This document shows, piece by piece, positions 27,558 through 37,101 of a DNA stretch of 57,587 nucleotides. How positions within the stretch are numbered: the stretch's first letter is position 1; every line of letters begins with the position of its first letter. The notes under the pieces are model-generated. The model was given only the letters and a program-made list of their open reading frames with translations, was not told the DNA's origin and searched no databases. Source of the stretch: Candidatus Thorarchaeota archaeon (GTDB lineage: Archaea > Asgardarchaeota > Thorarchaeia > Thorarchaeales > Thorarchaeaceae). Where the stretch lies: NCBI GenBank assembly GCA_004524565.1, contig SDNZ01000004.1:1-57587 (forward strand), given 5' to 3'. The translations under genes and the position numbers were made by a program.

Positions 27558-30500
27558 ATGGCCAGCAAGGCAGCCAAAAAAACGGACACAAACCCCAAAC
27601 CTACTGATGTACTAGTGATCGGCGGTGGAATGGCTGGTATCAGTGCCTCACTTGGGCTTGGAGATGGTGGACATCACGCTCATATCGTTGAGAAGACAGT
27701 AAATATTGGTGGCAATTATGTTGCCATCTACAAAATATTCCCAGCCCTTGAATGTTCTGCGTGTGTTATGACCCCATTAACCTCCTTCGTGGGCAAACAT
27801 CAGAATATTACAATTCATGCATTGTCTACAATTGAGAAAGTAGAAGGAGAGGAAGGGGACTTCACTGTCACTATCCGACAAAAGGCAAGGTATGTGGATC
27901 CAAACAAGTGCACAGGTTGTGGGCTTTGCGTAGCGGCTTGTCCAGTCGAGGTTCCAAATGAGTATGACTTCGGTCTCTCACTTCGAAAGGCGATTTACTT
28001 TAATTTCGCACAACAAATACCACTAGTATCGACGATTGACCGAGATTCCTGTATTGGCTGTGGAACCTGTGCAGCAATATGTCCACAAGGTTGTATAGAT
28101 TATTCAGATAAGGACAAGGTATTCAAACTGAATGTTGGATCGATTATTGTTGCTACAGGATTTGAAGAGTACAAGCCTATAGACTACGGTGAATATGGTT
28201 ATGGAGTATTTCCCAATGTACTCACTTCTCTTGAGTATGACAGACAAACTCATCCAACTGGACCAACCGATTCACACATGGTACGACCATCGGATGGTCG
28301 AGAACCTGATAAAGTACTCTTTGTTAATTGCGTAGGAAGTAGGGATGTCAGAGAGAATATCACAGGATACAGCAATCACTGCAATAGGGTGTGTTGTTCC
28401 TTTGGTGTAAAACTAGCACAGGTCACCAGAATGCATTACCACGAGTGTGAGATAATCTATACATACATGGATATGCGTACTGCAGGAAAAGCCTTAGAAG
28501 AATTCCTTTGGGATACTGAGAAGAACAAAGGAGTCAATTTTATTCGAGGTAGAGTATCTGAGATTCAGGAAGACCCGGATACACATGACCTGTTTGTAAA
28601 AATGGAAGATACTGTTACCGGAGAGATAATTGAAATCGATAAGGTCTCCATGGTTGTGCTCAATTCAAGTTTCAGACCAAGTAAGGACTTCGAAGAACTT
28701 GCCAAGATACTAGAGATAGATATTGATGAAACTGGATGGGTGAAAGAGAAACATTCCAATGCAGGAGCACTTGAAACCAACAGACCGGGTATCTTTGTTG
28801 CAGGTTGTGCGCATGGTCCAAAAGATGGAACAGATACTGTTAATGAAGGCAAAGGGGCGGCAATGGCTGCACACTCAATACTTCCAATTCCAACACCTGA
28901 AGCGCTTCCTGAAATCCCGCCTGCAGAGATGGGAGATGAGCCAAGAGTTGGAGTCTTTATCTGTCATTGTGGAGGTATCATCTCAAACGAGATAGACACA
29001 GCAGCTCTTGCAGAGTGGGCAAAGGATATTCCCAATGTAGCGTTTTCAACAGATTACATTTTCATGTGTTCGGACCCAGGACAAGAATTTGTCACAAATG
29101 CAATCAAAGAACATAAACTGAATCGTGTTGTCGTTGGATCGTGTTCCCCTCTTCAACATGAGGAAACATTTCGAAGTGCCATGGAAGCTGCAGGTCTGTC
29201 AGGGTACTATCTTGTTGGACCTGTTGGATTGAGAGAACACCTAGCACTGGTTCATACACAAGCACCACCAGAGGTTAGACAGGAAAAGGCACAAGATATG
29301 ATTCGAAGTGGTGTAGCAAAAGCACTGCGAAATGAAGTGGTTCCCAGAAAGAAAGTAGAGGTTACAAGAACCTCAATGGTTGTTGGGGGCGGAGTATCAG
29401 GAATGACTGCAGCATTAGATATCGCTAGGAAAGGTTTCAATGTCATTCTTGTTGAGAAACAGGACAAGCTTGGAGGAAGATTGAATGAACTCCATAACAT
29501 CTTTCCCAAGATGAACTCTGCTCAAGAGATTGTTGATGATCTTATAGCTCGTGTGCGAAAAGAGAAACTAATCGAAGTCATTCTAAATAATAAAGTTGTA
29601 GCTCGAAGTGGGTCATACGGTAACTATGACATTACAATAGAAGATGTAAATACGGGAACTCAGACAGTCCATCGAATTGGAACGATGGTACTCACTGTAG
29701 GGATGGACACCTATGATCCGAAAGAGGGAGAATATGGATGGGGTACCGTTCCTCAAGTGATTTCATCTTTGGAATTGGAGAAGAAGCTTCGTAATGGAGA
29801 ATTGAAGAAAGCACCGAAGAATCCAGTCTTCATTCATTGTGTTGGCTCCAGACAAAATCCAGGTGAAGGAAATAGATACTGCTCCCGAGTCTGTTGCTCT
29901 GCGGTCATCTCTATGCAGCATGAACTCAAAGAGATGTTCCCAGATGTCAAGATATTCTCAGCGTATAAGGAGCATATCCGCCCCTTCGCAAATGGAATGG
30001 AAGAAATGTGGCGTGAGAATAGGCAGAAGGGAGTTGCATACCTTCGCTGGGAACGAGAAAGACCAGTGACTATAGAGCAATCAATAGATGGAAAGGAAGC
30101 AATCGTGACCATCTATGATACCCTATCACAAGAAACCTTCAATATTCACTCGGATATGATAATTCTTGCACTTGGTCTTGAAGCTCCACATGATGTAGAT
30201 GAACTTGCGAAGGCCTTGGGAATTAACAGAGGGCAAGATGGATTCTTATCAGAGATGCATATGAAATTCCGACCAGTCGAGACCACAGTACCTGGTGTAT
30301 TTGTTGGATGTACCTACGCAAAGAACGTCGCTGATTCTGTTAATCAAGCCAGAGGAGCTGCAAGTGAAGCTTGTAACCCACTTAATCTTGGAACTGTAGA
30401 GATAGAGCTTCTTACTGCAGAAGTCGATCAAGAGCTCTGCGTTGGATGTGATCTCTGTCATTATTCAGAGATATGTCCCTATGATGCGATTTCAATGATC

Positions 30501-30656
30501 GAAGTGGAACCAGGAGTAAAGAAGAGTGTCACCGATGAGTTACGATGCGAAGGATGTGGTGCGTGTACAGCAATCTGTCCCACTGGTGCAAGAGATATGA
30601 GATGGTGGCGTGAGGAGAGCTTCCTCGATGAAGTCGAAGAAATGCTCAGGGAGTGA
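27558..30656 (+). CDS. hdrA: Large heterodisulfide reductase subunit A-like flavoprotein with two FAD modules
   Basis: Two GGG.AG/GGG.SG FAD motifs, two CVGSR...C.RVCC motifs, internal GVFICHCG domain, inserted and C-terminal ferredoxins. Confidence 0.9.
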   Translation: MASKAAKKTDTNPKPTDVLVIGGGMAGISASLGLGDGGHHAHIVEKTVNIGGNYVAIYKIFPALECSACVMTPLTSFVGKHQNITIHALSTIEKVEGEEGDFTVTIRQKARYVDPNKCTGCGLCVAACPVEVPNEYDFGLSLRKAIYFNFAQQIPLVSTIDRDSCIGCGTCAAICPQGCIDYSDKDKVFKLNVGSIIVATGFEEYKPIDYGEYGYGVFPNVLTSLEYDRQTHPTGPTDSHMVRPSDGREPDKVLFVNCVGSRDVRENITGYSNHCNRVCCSFGVKLAQVTRMHYHECEIIYTYMDMRTAGKALEEFLWDTEKNKGVNFIRGRVSEIQEDPDTHDLFVKMEDTVTGEIIEIDKVSMVVLNSSFRPSKDFEELAKILEIDIDETGWVKEKHSNAGALETNRPGIFVAGCAHGPKDGTDTVNEGKGAAMAAHSILPIPTPEALPEIPPAEMGDEPRVGVFICHCGGIISNEIDTAALAEWAKDIPNVAFSTDYIFMCSDPGQEFVTNAIKEHKLNRVVVGSCSPLQHEETFRSAMEAAGLSGYYLVGPVGLREHLALVHTQAPPEVRQEKAQDMIRSGVAKALRNEVVPRKKVEVTRTSMVVGGGVSGMTAALDIARKGFNVILVEKQDKLGGRLNELHNIFPKMNSAQEIVDDLIARVRKEKLIEVILNNKVVARSGSYGNYDITIEDVNTGTQTVHRIGTMVLTVGMDTYDPKEGEYGWGTVPQVISSLELEKKLRNGELKKAPKNPVFIHCVGSRQNPGEGNRYCSRVCCSAVISMQHELKEMFPDVKIFSAYKEHIRPFANGMEEMWRENRQKGVAYLRWERERPVTIEQSIDGKEAIVTIYDTLSQETFNIHSDMIILALGLEAPHDVDELAKALGINRGQDGFLSEMHMKFRPVETTVPGVFVGCTYAKNVADSVNQARGAASEACNPLNLGTVEIELLTAEVDQELCVGCDLCHYSEICPYDAISMIEVEPGVKKSVTDELRCEGCGACTAICPTGARDMRWWREESFLDEVEEMLRE

Positions 30657-31228
30657 GTCGATTGACCTCTCTATCTAGCCTTCGAGCGGTATGGATGGTT
30701 CTCAATGATCTCATGGGAGACCTAGAGAAGAATGGTGTTCTACTCTCAGATCTCGCCTATGCAGATCTTCGTAACTCTAAGATGGTAATAGAATATCTAA
30801 ATTCCTTTGAAGATGAGATACGAGCAAGTGAGGGTGGAGATACCACACTCAAACTGGAGATAGAACAGAAGGTCCTTGTTCTGAAAGATTCACTCCTCAT
30901 CCGAGCAGGGGACAAAGTTGGAGATGAATATCGCAAAGAATGGGAATCCAAGTTCGAGCAAGCCTTGGAAGGAAAACTAGACAAGGTAGCAGAAGAAACA
31001 AGGACACCCATCTCAGATATTCCGCGGGATAAGGATACAGCATTTTTCAGAATAAAGTTGCCCGATGAAATTCCAGTAGAGATTGTCTCAGAACTTGCGG
31101 AAGACTGCCAAGTCAATGTATCACTAGACGGTGAAAGGCACCTCCAAGTAAGTGGAAAGAAGGAGTGCGTTCGTGATGCCATGAAAAGGCTTGGTGAATT
31201 ATTCTATGGCGAGAGTAAGTTAAAGTGA
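30653..31228 (+). CDS. DUF2096-like protein
   Basis: W.VL.DL..DL..G...DLR..K..I pattern recalled for DUF2096; GTGA overlap with hdrA. Confidence 0.7.
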   Translation: MSRLTSLSSLRAVWMVLNDLMGDLEKNGVLLSDLAYADLRNSKMVIEYLNSFEDEIRASEGGDTTLKLEIEQKVLVLKDSLLIRAGDKVGDEYRKEWESKFEQALEGKLDKVAEETRTPISDIPRDKDTAFFRIKLPDEIPVEIVSELAEDCQVNVSLDGERHLQVSGKKECVRDAMKRLGELFYGESKLK

Positions 31229-31301
31229 TTGGCGCCATTGTTTGGAAATTAACAATTTTTAATGCATGGACTTAATATTACAGGGGTAACGTCCTACAAT
31301 T

Positions 31302-31427
31302 ATGAAAGCCACTAGGCTCTACACTCGAGTCTATCTGGCGCGATCAAAAGACCGCCGGGAGATGGATGCAGTCGAAGATTTGAGTAAGATTAAGATCGAT
31401 CATTTCAGCATTTATAAGCCAAACTAG
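31302..31427 (+). other. Candidate 41-aa sORF or structured ncRNA
   Basis: MKATRLYTRVYLARSKDRREMDAVEDLSKIKIDHFSIYKPN*; TATA-like upstream, terminator downstream, internal hairpins. Confidence 0.35.
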
Positions 31428-31459
31428 AATAGACCTTTGCACCAGATCTTAGTATTATT

Positions 31460-31503
31460 AGCCCTATGAGAATAAGCTCTATGAGGGCTGTTTTTGTTTT
31501 TTT
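31460..31503 (+). terminator. Hairpin plus long T-tract
   Basis: AGCCCT...AGGGCT followed by GTTTTTGTTTTTTT. Confidence 0.6.
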
Positions 31504-31624
31504 GAAGTATTCTGAAGGTTATCCATAGTATACTAAACTAAAGAATGCCTATTCAAGCTCATTCTTTTTGGGGTCCAAAATTGTCATTATAAATAGAAGA
31601 AACAACGAACTATTTGTGAAAATT

Positions 31625-32902
31625 ATGAAGAGACTGCACGTTTCAAAAGTACTTCTTTTTGCGCTGATGTTTCTATTAGTAGCATCACTCTCACCTGCCA
31701 CTGCTTTTACAATAAGTGGGGATGATACTACTACAGAAACTGAAGACAAAACGGAAGAAACTCATACTGATGATGATAAACACGATCTGGATGAATATCG
31801 TGATACAAATGGAACAGTCTGGATAGAAACTGATGTTATGACAGTTACTTTGGACCCCAAACTGCCAATCTATCAATATTGGTATACTGGAGATGAGAAT
31901 GGTAGTCTAGCACGGTTCATGATCAGTTACAAAATGATTGTTGAATTCGAAGATTCCAATGGGGATGGTATCTATCAACCTAATGAAACCCTAGCTTTTG
32001 TACCCCTCGATGCATTCGAATGGAGTCTACAGACTGGTGAAATTACAAATGATCTAAATGAAGTTACAGAAGTATATGCATCATACACGAAAGGCGGACT
32101 AAGCTACAAGTTTGAGGATGATTGGTACGAAGAATGGATGCCTGAGATAGAAGAGGAGGAAGAAGAACCCGTAATACTTGCTAGTGAAGATCCAGAAGAC
32201 CATGCTTTCGCAGATTTCGCTGGAATGACCCTTCGTTTCTATGGTCATGTATATACAACGGACTATTTTGGAAACGTTAGTGATGACTTTGGGGTAGAAA
32301 GTAATTATACAGTTGCTGGCGGAATGGAACTCAAAGTAGACATTGAAATTGGTAATTTCCCATTCATATCAGAAACATCAAAGGTTGCTGTTCTAAATTA
32401 TCTTATTGAGGATGTTGCATCTAGTGGTGAATATGAACACAGTTACGAACTTCACGAAAAGGATGGAGATAATGAAGTTGACTCAGAAGATGTTTCTGAT
32501 ATCTATGGAATAGGGTTTGAAGATCGCGATGAAAATCACGATGGACAGGATGATGATATCCAACAAATCTCCGTCGTTGATGGAACCAATAACCTGACAA
32601 GAGGTCTATATTCCTGGCTTGATAAAGCGATAATCACAGACCTGAATGGAACTGAAACAGCTGTTGATGTAGATACATCATACTGGACCGATGGTGAGGG
32701 TCTCTTGCTATTCTTTGCATATCCCAACTTCGATGGAGGATCGCTACTTCATGATCCAGCATTAAGACTGCTTGATACTGGATCACCCATAATTCAACCA
32801 ACAGGAATTTTGAATCTGCCAATGGAAACTATTACCTTGATTGGTGTCGCTTCTGCAGTAGTTATAGTTGCAATTGCAGGTTTTGCCATTAAGCGTCGAT
32901 AG
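31625..32902 (+). CDS. Acidic secreted protein with C-terminal TM anchor (GLMP/NCU-G1-like motifs)
   Basis: Signal peptide, DSNGDG Ca-type loop, many N-x-S/T sequons, YPNF...LLHDP, TM then KRR; start moved to ATG 31625. Confidence 0.8.
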   Translation: MKRLHVSKVLLFALMFLLVASLSPATAFTISGDDTTTETEDKTEETHTDDDKHDLDEYRDTNGTVWIETDVMTVTLDPKLPIYQYWYTGDENGSLARFMISYKMIVEFEDSNGDGIYQPNETLAFVPLDAFEWSLQTGEITNDLNEVTEVYASYTKGGLSYKFEDDWYEEWMPEIEEEEEEPVILASEDPEDHAFADFAGMTLRFYGHVYTTDYFGNVSDDFGVESNYTVAGGMELKVDIEIGNFPFISETSKVAVLNYLIEDVASSGEYEHSYELHEKDGDNEVDSEDVSDIYGIGFEDRDENHDGQDDDIQQISVVDGTNNLTRGLYSWLDKAIITDLNGTETAVDVDTSYWTDGEGLLLFFAYPNFDGGSLLHDPALRLLDTGSPIIQPTGILNLPMETITLIGVASAVVIVAIAGFAIKRR

Positions 32903-32905
32903 AAA

Positions 32906-32932
32906 GAGGAAGCTCGCTTCCTCCCTTTTTTA
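32906..32932 (+). terminator. Hairpin plus T-tract
   Basis: GAGGAAG-CTCG-CTTCCTC followed by CCTTTTTT. Confidence 0.6.
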
Positions 32933-32973
32933 TCAAAACAGATGAATTATTAGCAATAGAAGGAAACTACGAG

Positions 32974-33993
32974 TTGGTCTACATGTCTGTTACAGCTAAG
33001 AGCACGCTATTCGTTGCAGCAATCCTCATTCTTGGTTTGATTGCTTCAGCTTCGCCTATTGATGCACAAGCAGATTCACAAAACATACTTATGACAAACA
33101 TGAGGATTCATGCAGAATTGGTACCAGATTGCAACACAACTATTGTGCTAGAAACAGAATTTACAAATGAGGCTAGTACAGAAATTAGCTCTTTTGGTAT
33201 ACGTGTAGATGTAAGAGGTCTTTATGTAAATGAGGCGACCATTGACGGATTATTTACTGAAACAACAGTTCAAACGGTAGATAACTATGTGGTTGTTTCA
33301 ATTATACCAAATACTTCAATTCCAATAGGTGCTCAAGGGAATCTCTTTCTGAATTTCACAACCAGATGCCTTCAAGAAATGATTGGATTGAATAGTGATG
33401 GCTCGATGTATGATAGTCATCTCATCTACTACATTCGATCTTTAAATCAGATTCAAAATCTAACATTCTCTGCAGCGCTTCCACAACATGCAGTGATTGA
33501 TTTGGATGCAGCAGCACCACTATATCCAAGCCCTACAAGAAACCATACTGATGGTAGCAGGTCAGTCTACTTATGGTACACAGACGTTCTTCTTCCTGGG
33601 CAGGAAATTGTGTATATCATAAAATACCAGATGCCTGCAGCCCTCATCGATACTAGTGATATAATTCCTGTCACTTCGAGTCCGCTCTTTGTTGCCTTTG
33701 TATCAGCAGTACTAGCAGGTTTCGCTGTGCTTTTTATAGAGAGACTACCAGGCTGGATTAGAGGCCTGAATTCAAGAGAGTTGATTGTTAGTGGAAAGAT
33801 TTCCAGTCAGGAACAGGAAATTCTTGATCTGCTCAATGTTCGTGGCGGCTCATGTCCGCAGAGGGAAATCTATGAGCATCTGGATATGTCCCAATCAATG
33901 GCAAGTATGATGCTTACTTCTTTGGAAGGGCGAGGTCTAATTAAGAGGCTTCGAAGTGGTAGAGAGAATATAGTCCACATAATGGAGGATTAG
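32974..33993 (+). CDS. Membrane-anchored regulator: signal peptide, extracellular beta domain, TM, C-terminal wHTH (COG2512-like)
   Basis: EQEILDLL..RGG..PQREI...LDMSQS.AS..L..LE.RGLI.R...GREN.V. Confidence 0.82.
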   Translation: MVYMSVTAKSTLFVAAILILGLIASASPIDAQADSQNILMTNMRIHAELVPDCNTTIVLETEFTNEASTEISSFGIRVDVRGLYVNEATIDGLFTETTVQTVDNYVVVSIIPNTSIPIGAQGNLFLNFTTRCLQEMIGLNSDGSMYDSHLIYYIRSLNQIQNLTFSAALPQHAVIDLDAAAPLYPSPTRNHTDGSRSVYLWYTDVLLPGQEIVYIIKYQMPAALIDTSDIIPVTSSPLFVAFVSAVLAGFAVLFIERLPGWIRGLNSRELIVSGKISSQEQEILDLLNVRGGSCPQREIYEHLDMSQSMASMMLTSLEGRGLIKRLRSGRENIVHIMED

Positions 33994-34913
33994 GATTCCT
34001 CCATCTTGATACCTAGCTTCTCCCATGCTGGTGCAGTCTTCCGCTGCATATATTGCAGGTGGGTTGCTAGGCCAAATTCATCAGGCTCATGTCCAAAAGC
34101 AAGAGCGAGCAATTCCACAACATGGAGAATGTCGAGAGTATATTCCTTCTCAAAGTATTTTTGTATCTCGACTTGACCCATGTCTAGCTGCAGTTCACAG
34201 AATGGACATGGTGTAATCATCATGTCTGCTCCACCAGCTGCGTTGAGACTATCGAACTTTTGCATAGTGAATTCTAATGCAATCTTTACATCTGCAGTCC
34301 TAACAGCACCACCAGCACCACAACATATGAGCTCATCTTTGTAGGGTACATAGGTCGCACCAGATGTCTCACAAAGTTCTCTGAAGATGTGGGGCCGTTC
34401 GGAATCATCTTTTTGTTTGATATTCTTAGGGCGCATCCAGTGGCATCCTGGATGAAGTGCCATTCGTACTCCAGTGAAAGGTCGAATCACCTTCTCTCTA
34501 ATCTTAGAGAGACCTGCAATTTCTACTAGAGCATCAACATAATGCCAAACTTCTATTGTTCCCTTGAACTCACGGTCGACCACAGCTAAATTCTCGTTGA
34601 CTGCATCTCTGAGTTCATCATCATGTTTCAATTCATGATTAGCATCCCATAGGCTGGCAAAACAACCATTACATCCAGTGGTTATCGGATGACCACCAGC
34701 TTCAGCAATAGTAAGATTACGAGCAGCAATAGTTGCCCAAGTGACACGATCGAAGGAACCAAAGACACCAGGTGCAGGACAGCATGTTGCACCATCCATA
34801 TCCAGAAGGCCCATTCCGAGGTCGTTGAATACTAACTTGACTGCTTTCTCAACACTAGGATATCTGTGCGGTATAATACAACCCAGAAAGTGATAGAACG
34901 ATTTGTTTGCCAT
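33990..34913 (-). CDS. hdrB: Heterodisulfide reductase subunit B (copy 1)
   Basis: FLGC, CCPAPG, CNGC, HPGCH, CCGAGG, CPFC. Confidence 0.93.
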   Translation of the reverse strand: MANKSFYHFLGCIIPHRYPSVEKAVKLVFNDLGMGLLDMDGATCCPAPGVFGSFDRVTWATIAARNLTIAEAGGHPITTGCNGCFASLWDANHELKHDDELRDAVNENLAVVDREFKGTIEVWHYVDALVEIAGLSKIREKVIRPFTGVRMALHPGCHWMRPKNIKQKDDSERPHIFRELCETSGATYVPYKDELICCGAGGAVRTADVKIALEFTMQKFDSLNAAGGADMMITPCPFCELQLDMGQVEIQKYFEKEYTLDILHVVELLALAFGHEPDEFGLATHLQYMQRKTAPAWEKLGIKMEES

Positions 34914-34916
34914 ATC

Positions 34917-35468
34917 TTATTCCTCCTTCTGCTTCTTCTCTTCAATCAGTTTGTCAAAACCAGTTTTCTTGGCGATTTTCTTGATTTCCTCTATAGCTTC
35001 AGAGTATCTACTTGCATTAGGAGGTACTCGTTCAAGACCAACCTTCTCGCGTAGATTTTCCCAAGACTCTTTATCCAATGGTACAGCATGACCTGCTTCG
35101 AGAACCTTCAATGCTGTCTTTTGGTGAGGTTCGAGCATATACCCTTCAGCTACTGCAATATTTCGGATAGCTTTGATTACATCTGTTGGCTTTACATCTT
35201 GAGGACAGCGATCTGTACAAGTGTAACAGGTTGTACAATACCATAACTCTGGTGCAGAGATACACTGTTCTTTCAACCCGAGGAGTGCCTTTCTGATAAT
35301 CCCTCGAACTAGATAGTTTGTGCGGGCTCCAGCAGGACAGCTACCTGAACAGGTCCCACACTGGTAGCAATTTTGGATATTAGGACCTCCTGTCTTCTTT
35401 ATCATTTGCACAAAAGAGTCATCTGGAGTGTCGATATCAATTGCGGTTTTGTCTTCAGCACTTGTCAA
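34917..35468 (-). CDS. hdrC: Heterodisulfide reductase subunit C (copy 1)
   Basis: CYQCGTCSGSCP, LWYCTTCYTCTDRCPQ, GHAVP; start moved to TTG 35468. Confidence 0.92.
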   Translation of the reverse strand: MTSAEDKTAIDIDTPDDSFVQMIKKTGGPNIQNCYQCGTCSGSCPAGARTNYLVRGIIRKALLGLKEQCISAPELWYCTTCYTCTDRCPQDVKPTDVIKAIRNIAVAEGYMLEPHQKTALKVLEAGHAVPLDKESWENLREKVGLERVPPNASRYSEAIEEIKKIAKKTGFDKLIEEKKQKEE

Positions 35469-35555
35469 GATAATACACCGACTACGGAGGTGGGCTTGAA
35501 TCTCATCCTTAAATCCATTACCGAAAGGTCGTAAAATTCGATTGCGTGAATAGGT

Positions 35556-35610
35556 GATATAAGCAAATTCAATAGAGCTCTTTGTAATAAGGCAACTCAA
35601 TGCTTATATC
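35556..35610. promoter_or_regulatory. Symmetric divergent promoter: perfect 10-bp inverted repeat containing TATA-like boxes
   Basis: GATATAAGCA (35556-35565) and TGCTTATATC (35601-35610). Confidence 0.6.
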
Positions 35611-35654
35611 CCACTAAACAAGGGACCCGACCACCGAAATGCAGAGGAACTTTG

Positions 35655-36200
35655 ATGACTGATAATATCTCTCGCGAAACAATCCATAACGAAGCAATCG
35701 ATCCAGACTTTATCGATGCGATTGTAGATGCTGGTGCAGATAGGATTAGAACCTGTATCCAATGTGGAACCTGTTCTAGTGTCTGTCCTAGTGGCCGACG
35801 GACTGCATTTAGAACTCGCGAACTTATGAGGAAGGCTCTTTTAGGTCTCAAAGACGAAGTTCTATCGAGCCCAGATCTCTGGCTATGTGCAACGTGTCTT
35901 ACTTGCTTAGAACGTTGCCCCAGACAGATCAAAGTAACTGATGCAATTATCATCATGAGAAATATGGCTGTAGCGGAAGGGTACATGCTCCCGCAACACA
36001 GAAAATCTTCAAAGAAACTTCTGGAAACTGGTCATGCAGTACCCATAGATGATGCAAATCGTGAAATAAGAAAAAACCTAGGTCTCAAGGAGATTCCTCC
36101 AACTGTTCATTCAAGTGATGAAGCACTTGCGGATGTACAGAAAATAATGGAAAGAACAGGATTCAAGAAACTCATTGAAGAGGAAAAGGAGGAGAAATAG
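35655..36200 (+). CDS. hdrC: Heterodisulfide reductase subunit C (copy 2)
   Basis: CIQCGTCSSVCP, LWLCATCLTCLERCPR, GHAVP. Confidence 0.92.
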   Translation: MTDNISRETIHNEAIDPDFIDAIVDAGADRIRTCIQCGTCSSVCPSGRRTAFRTRELMRKALLGLKDEVLSSPDLWLCATCLTCLERCPRQIKVTDAIIIMRNMAVAEGYMLPQHRKSSKKLLETGHAVPIDDANREIRKNLGLKEIPPTVHSSDEALADVQKIMERTGFKKLIEEEKEEK

Positions 36201-37100
36201 ATGACTGAATCCCAAACATACTCTTTCTTTCTAGGGTGTGTAATGCCAAATAGATTCCCTAATGTTGAGGCTAGCATACGACTTGTGTTGCCAAAATTGG
36301 GTATCGAACTAGAGGATCTTGAAGGCGCAAGTTGTTGTCCAGCACCTGGAGTGATACGATCCTTCAGTGAGCCTACGTGGTTAGCACTTGCGTCAAGAAA
36401 TTTAGCTCTTGCTGAGATGGCTGGACATGACCTTCTCACAGGATGCAATGGTTGTTACGGAACTTTCAAGGAAACTCTGTCGGAGATTCGGGAGCATCCT
36501 GAGCGATTGAAAGAAGTTCAAAGTGTGTTCAAAGGAATGGGACTCAAGTTCAAAGGTGAAGTTGAGGCAAAACATCTGATAGAGATCATCTATGAGCTTG
36601 ATCCGGAGAATATTAAAAAACGTCTAACTAAATCTCTTGAAGGTATCAAGGTAGGAGTGCACTATGGTTGTCATCTACTAAAACCGAGTAAGAATAGACC
36701 TTGGGGGCAGACACAACGTCATACATTCCTCGATGAACTTGTTGAATTGACAGGTGCAACTAGTACTAAGTACAAAGACAAATTCCTATGTTGTGGAGCA
36801 GGTGGTGGAGTACGCGGTAGTCAAGTTGCAGTAAGTGTAGATATTGCAAAAGAAAAGCTAGACAATTTGTTAGAAGTTGGTGTCGACTGCATTGTCAATG
36901 TTTGTTCATTCTGCCATCTCCAGTACGAAGCGTCCCAGGTGCAACTCAACAAGGAACTAGGAGAGAAGAAGTACCAAATCCCAGTAATATACTATACACA
37001 ACTACTAGGTTTAGCGATGGGTCTCGATCCAATGGAGCTTGGATTAGGTGTTCATATGATTAGCACGCAGCCATTGCTGGATAAGATACTAGGCAAGTAA
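36201..37100 (+). CDS. hdrB: Heterodisulfide reductase subunit B (copy 2)
   Basis: FLGC, CCPAPG, CNGC, HYGCH, CCGAGG, CSFC. Confidence 0.93.
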   Translation: MTESQTYSFFLGCVMPNRFPNVEASIRLVLPKLGIELEDLEGASCCPAPGVIRSFSEPTWLALASRNLALAEMAGHDLLTGCNGCYGTFKETLSEIREHPERLKEVQSVFKGMGLKFKGEVEAKHLIEIIYELDPENIKKRLTKSLEGIKVGVHYGCHLLKPSKNRPWGQTQRHTFLDELVELTGATSTKYKDKFLCCGAGGGVRGSQVAVSVDIAKEKLDNLLEVGVDCIVNVCSFCHLQYEASQVQLNKELGEKKYQIPVIYYTQLLGLAMGLDPMELGLGVHMISTQPLLDKILGK

Positions 37101-37101
37101 T

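Noticed and set aside
31281-31444. tmRNA or tRNA-like element (GGGG start, ACCA end)
   Set aside because: No T-arm consensus and the acceptor-stem register does not fit; tmRNA is not known in archaea.
27558-31503. Selenocysteine in HdrA or the hydrogenase, with a downstream SECIS
   Set aside because: All relevant positions are Cys codons in open frames. Reading through the terminal TGAs meets another stop within a few codons. The ATGA...TGA hairpin at 31460 is too short for a SECIS.
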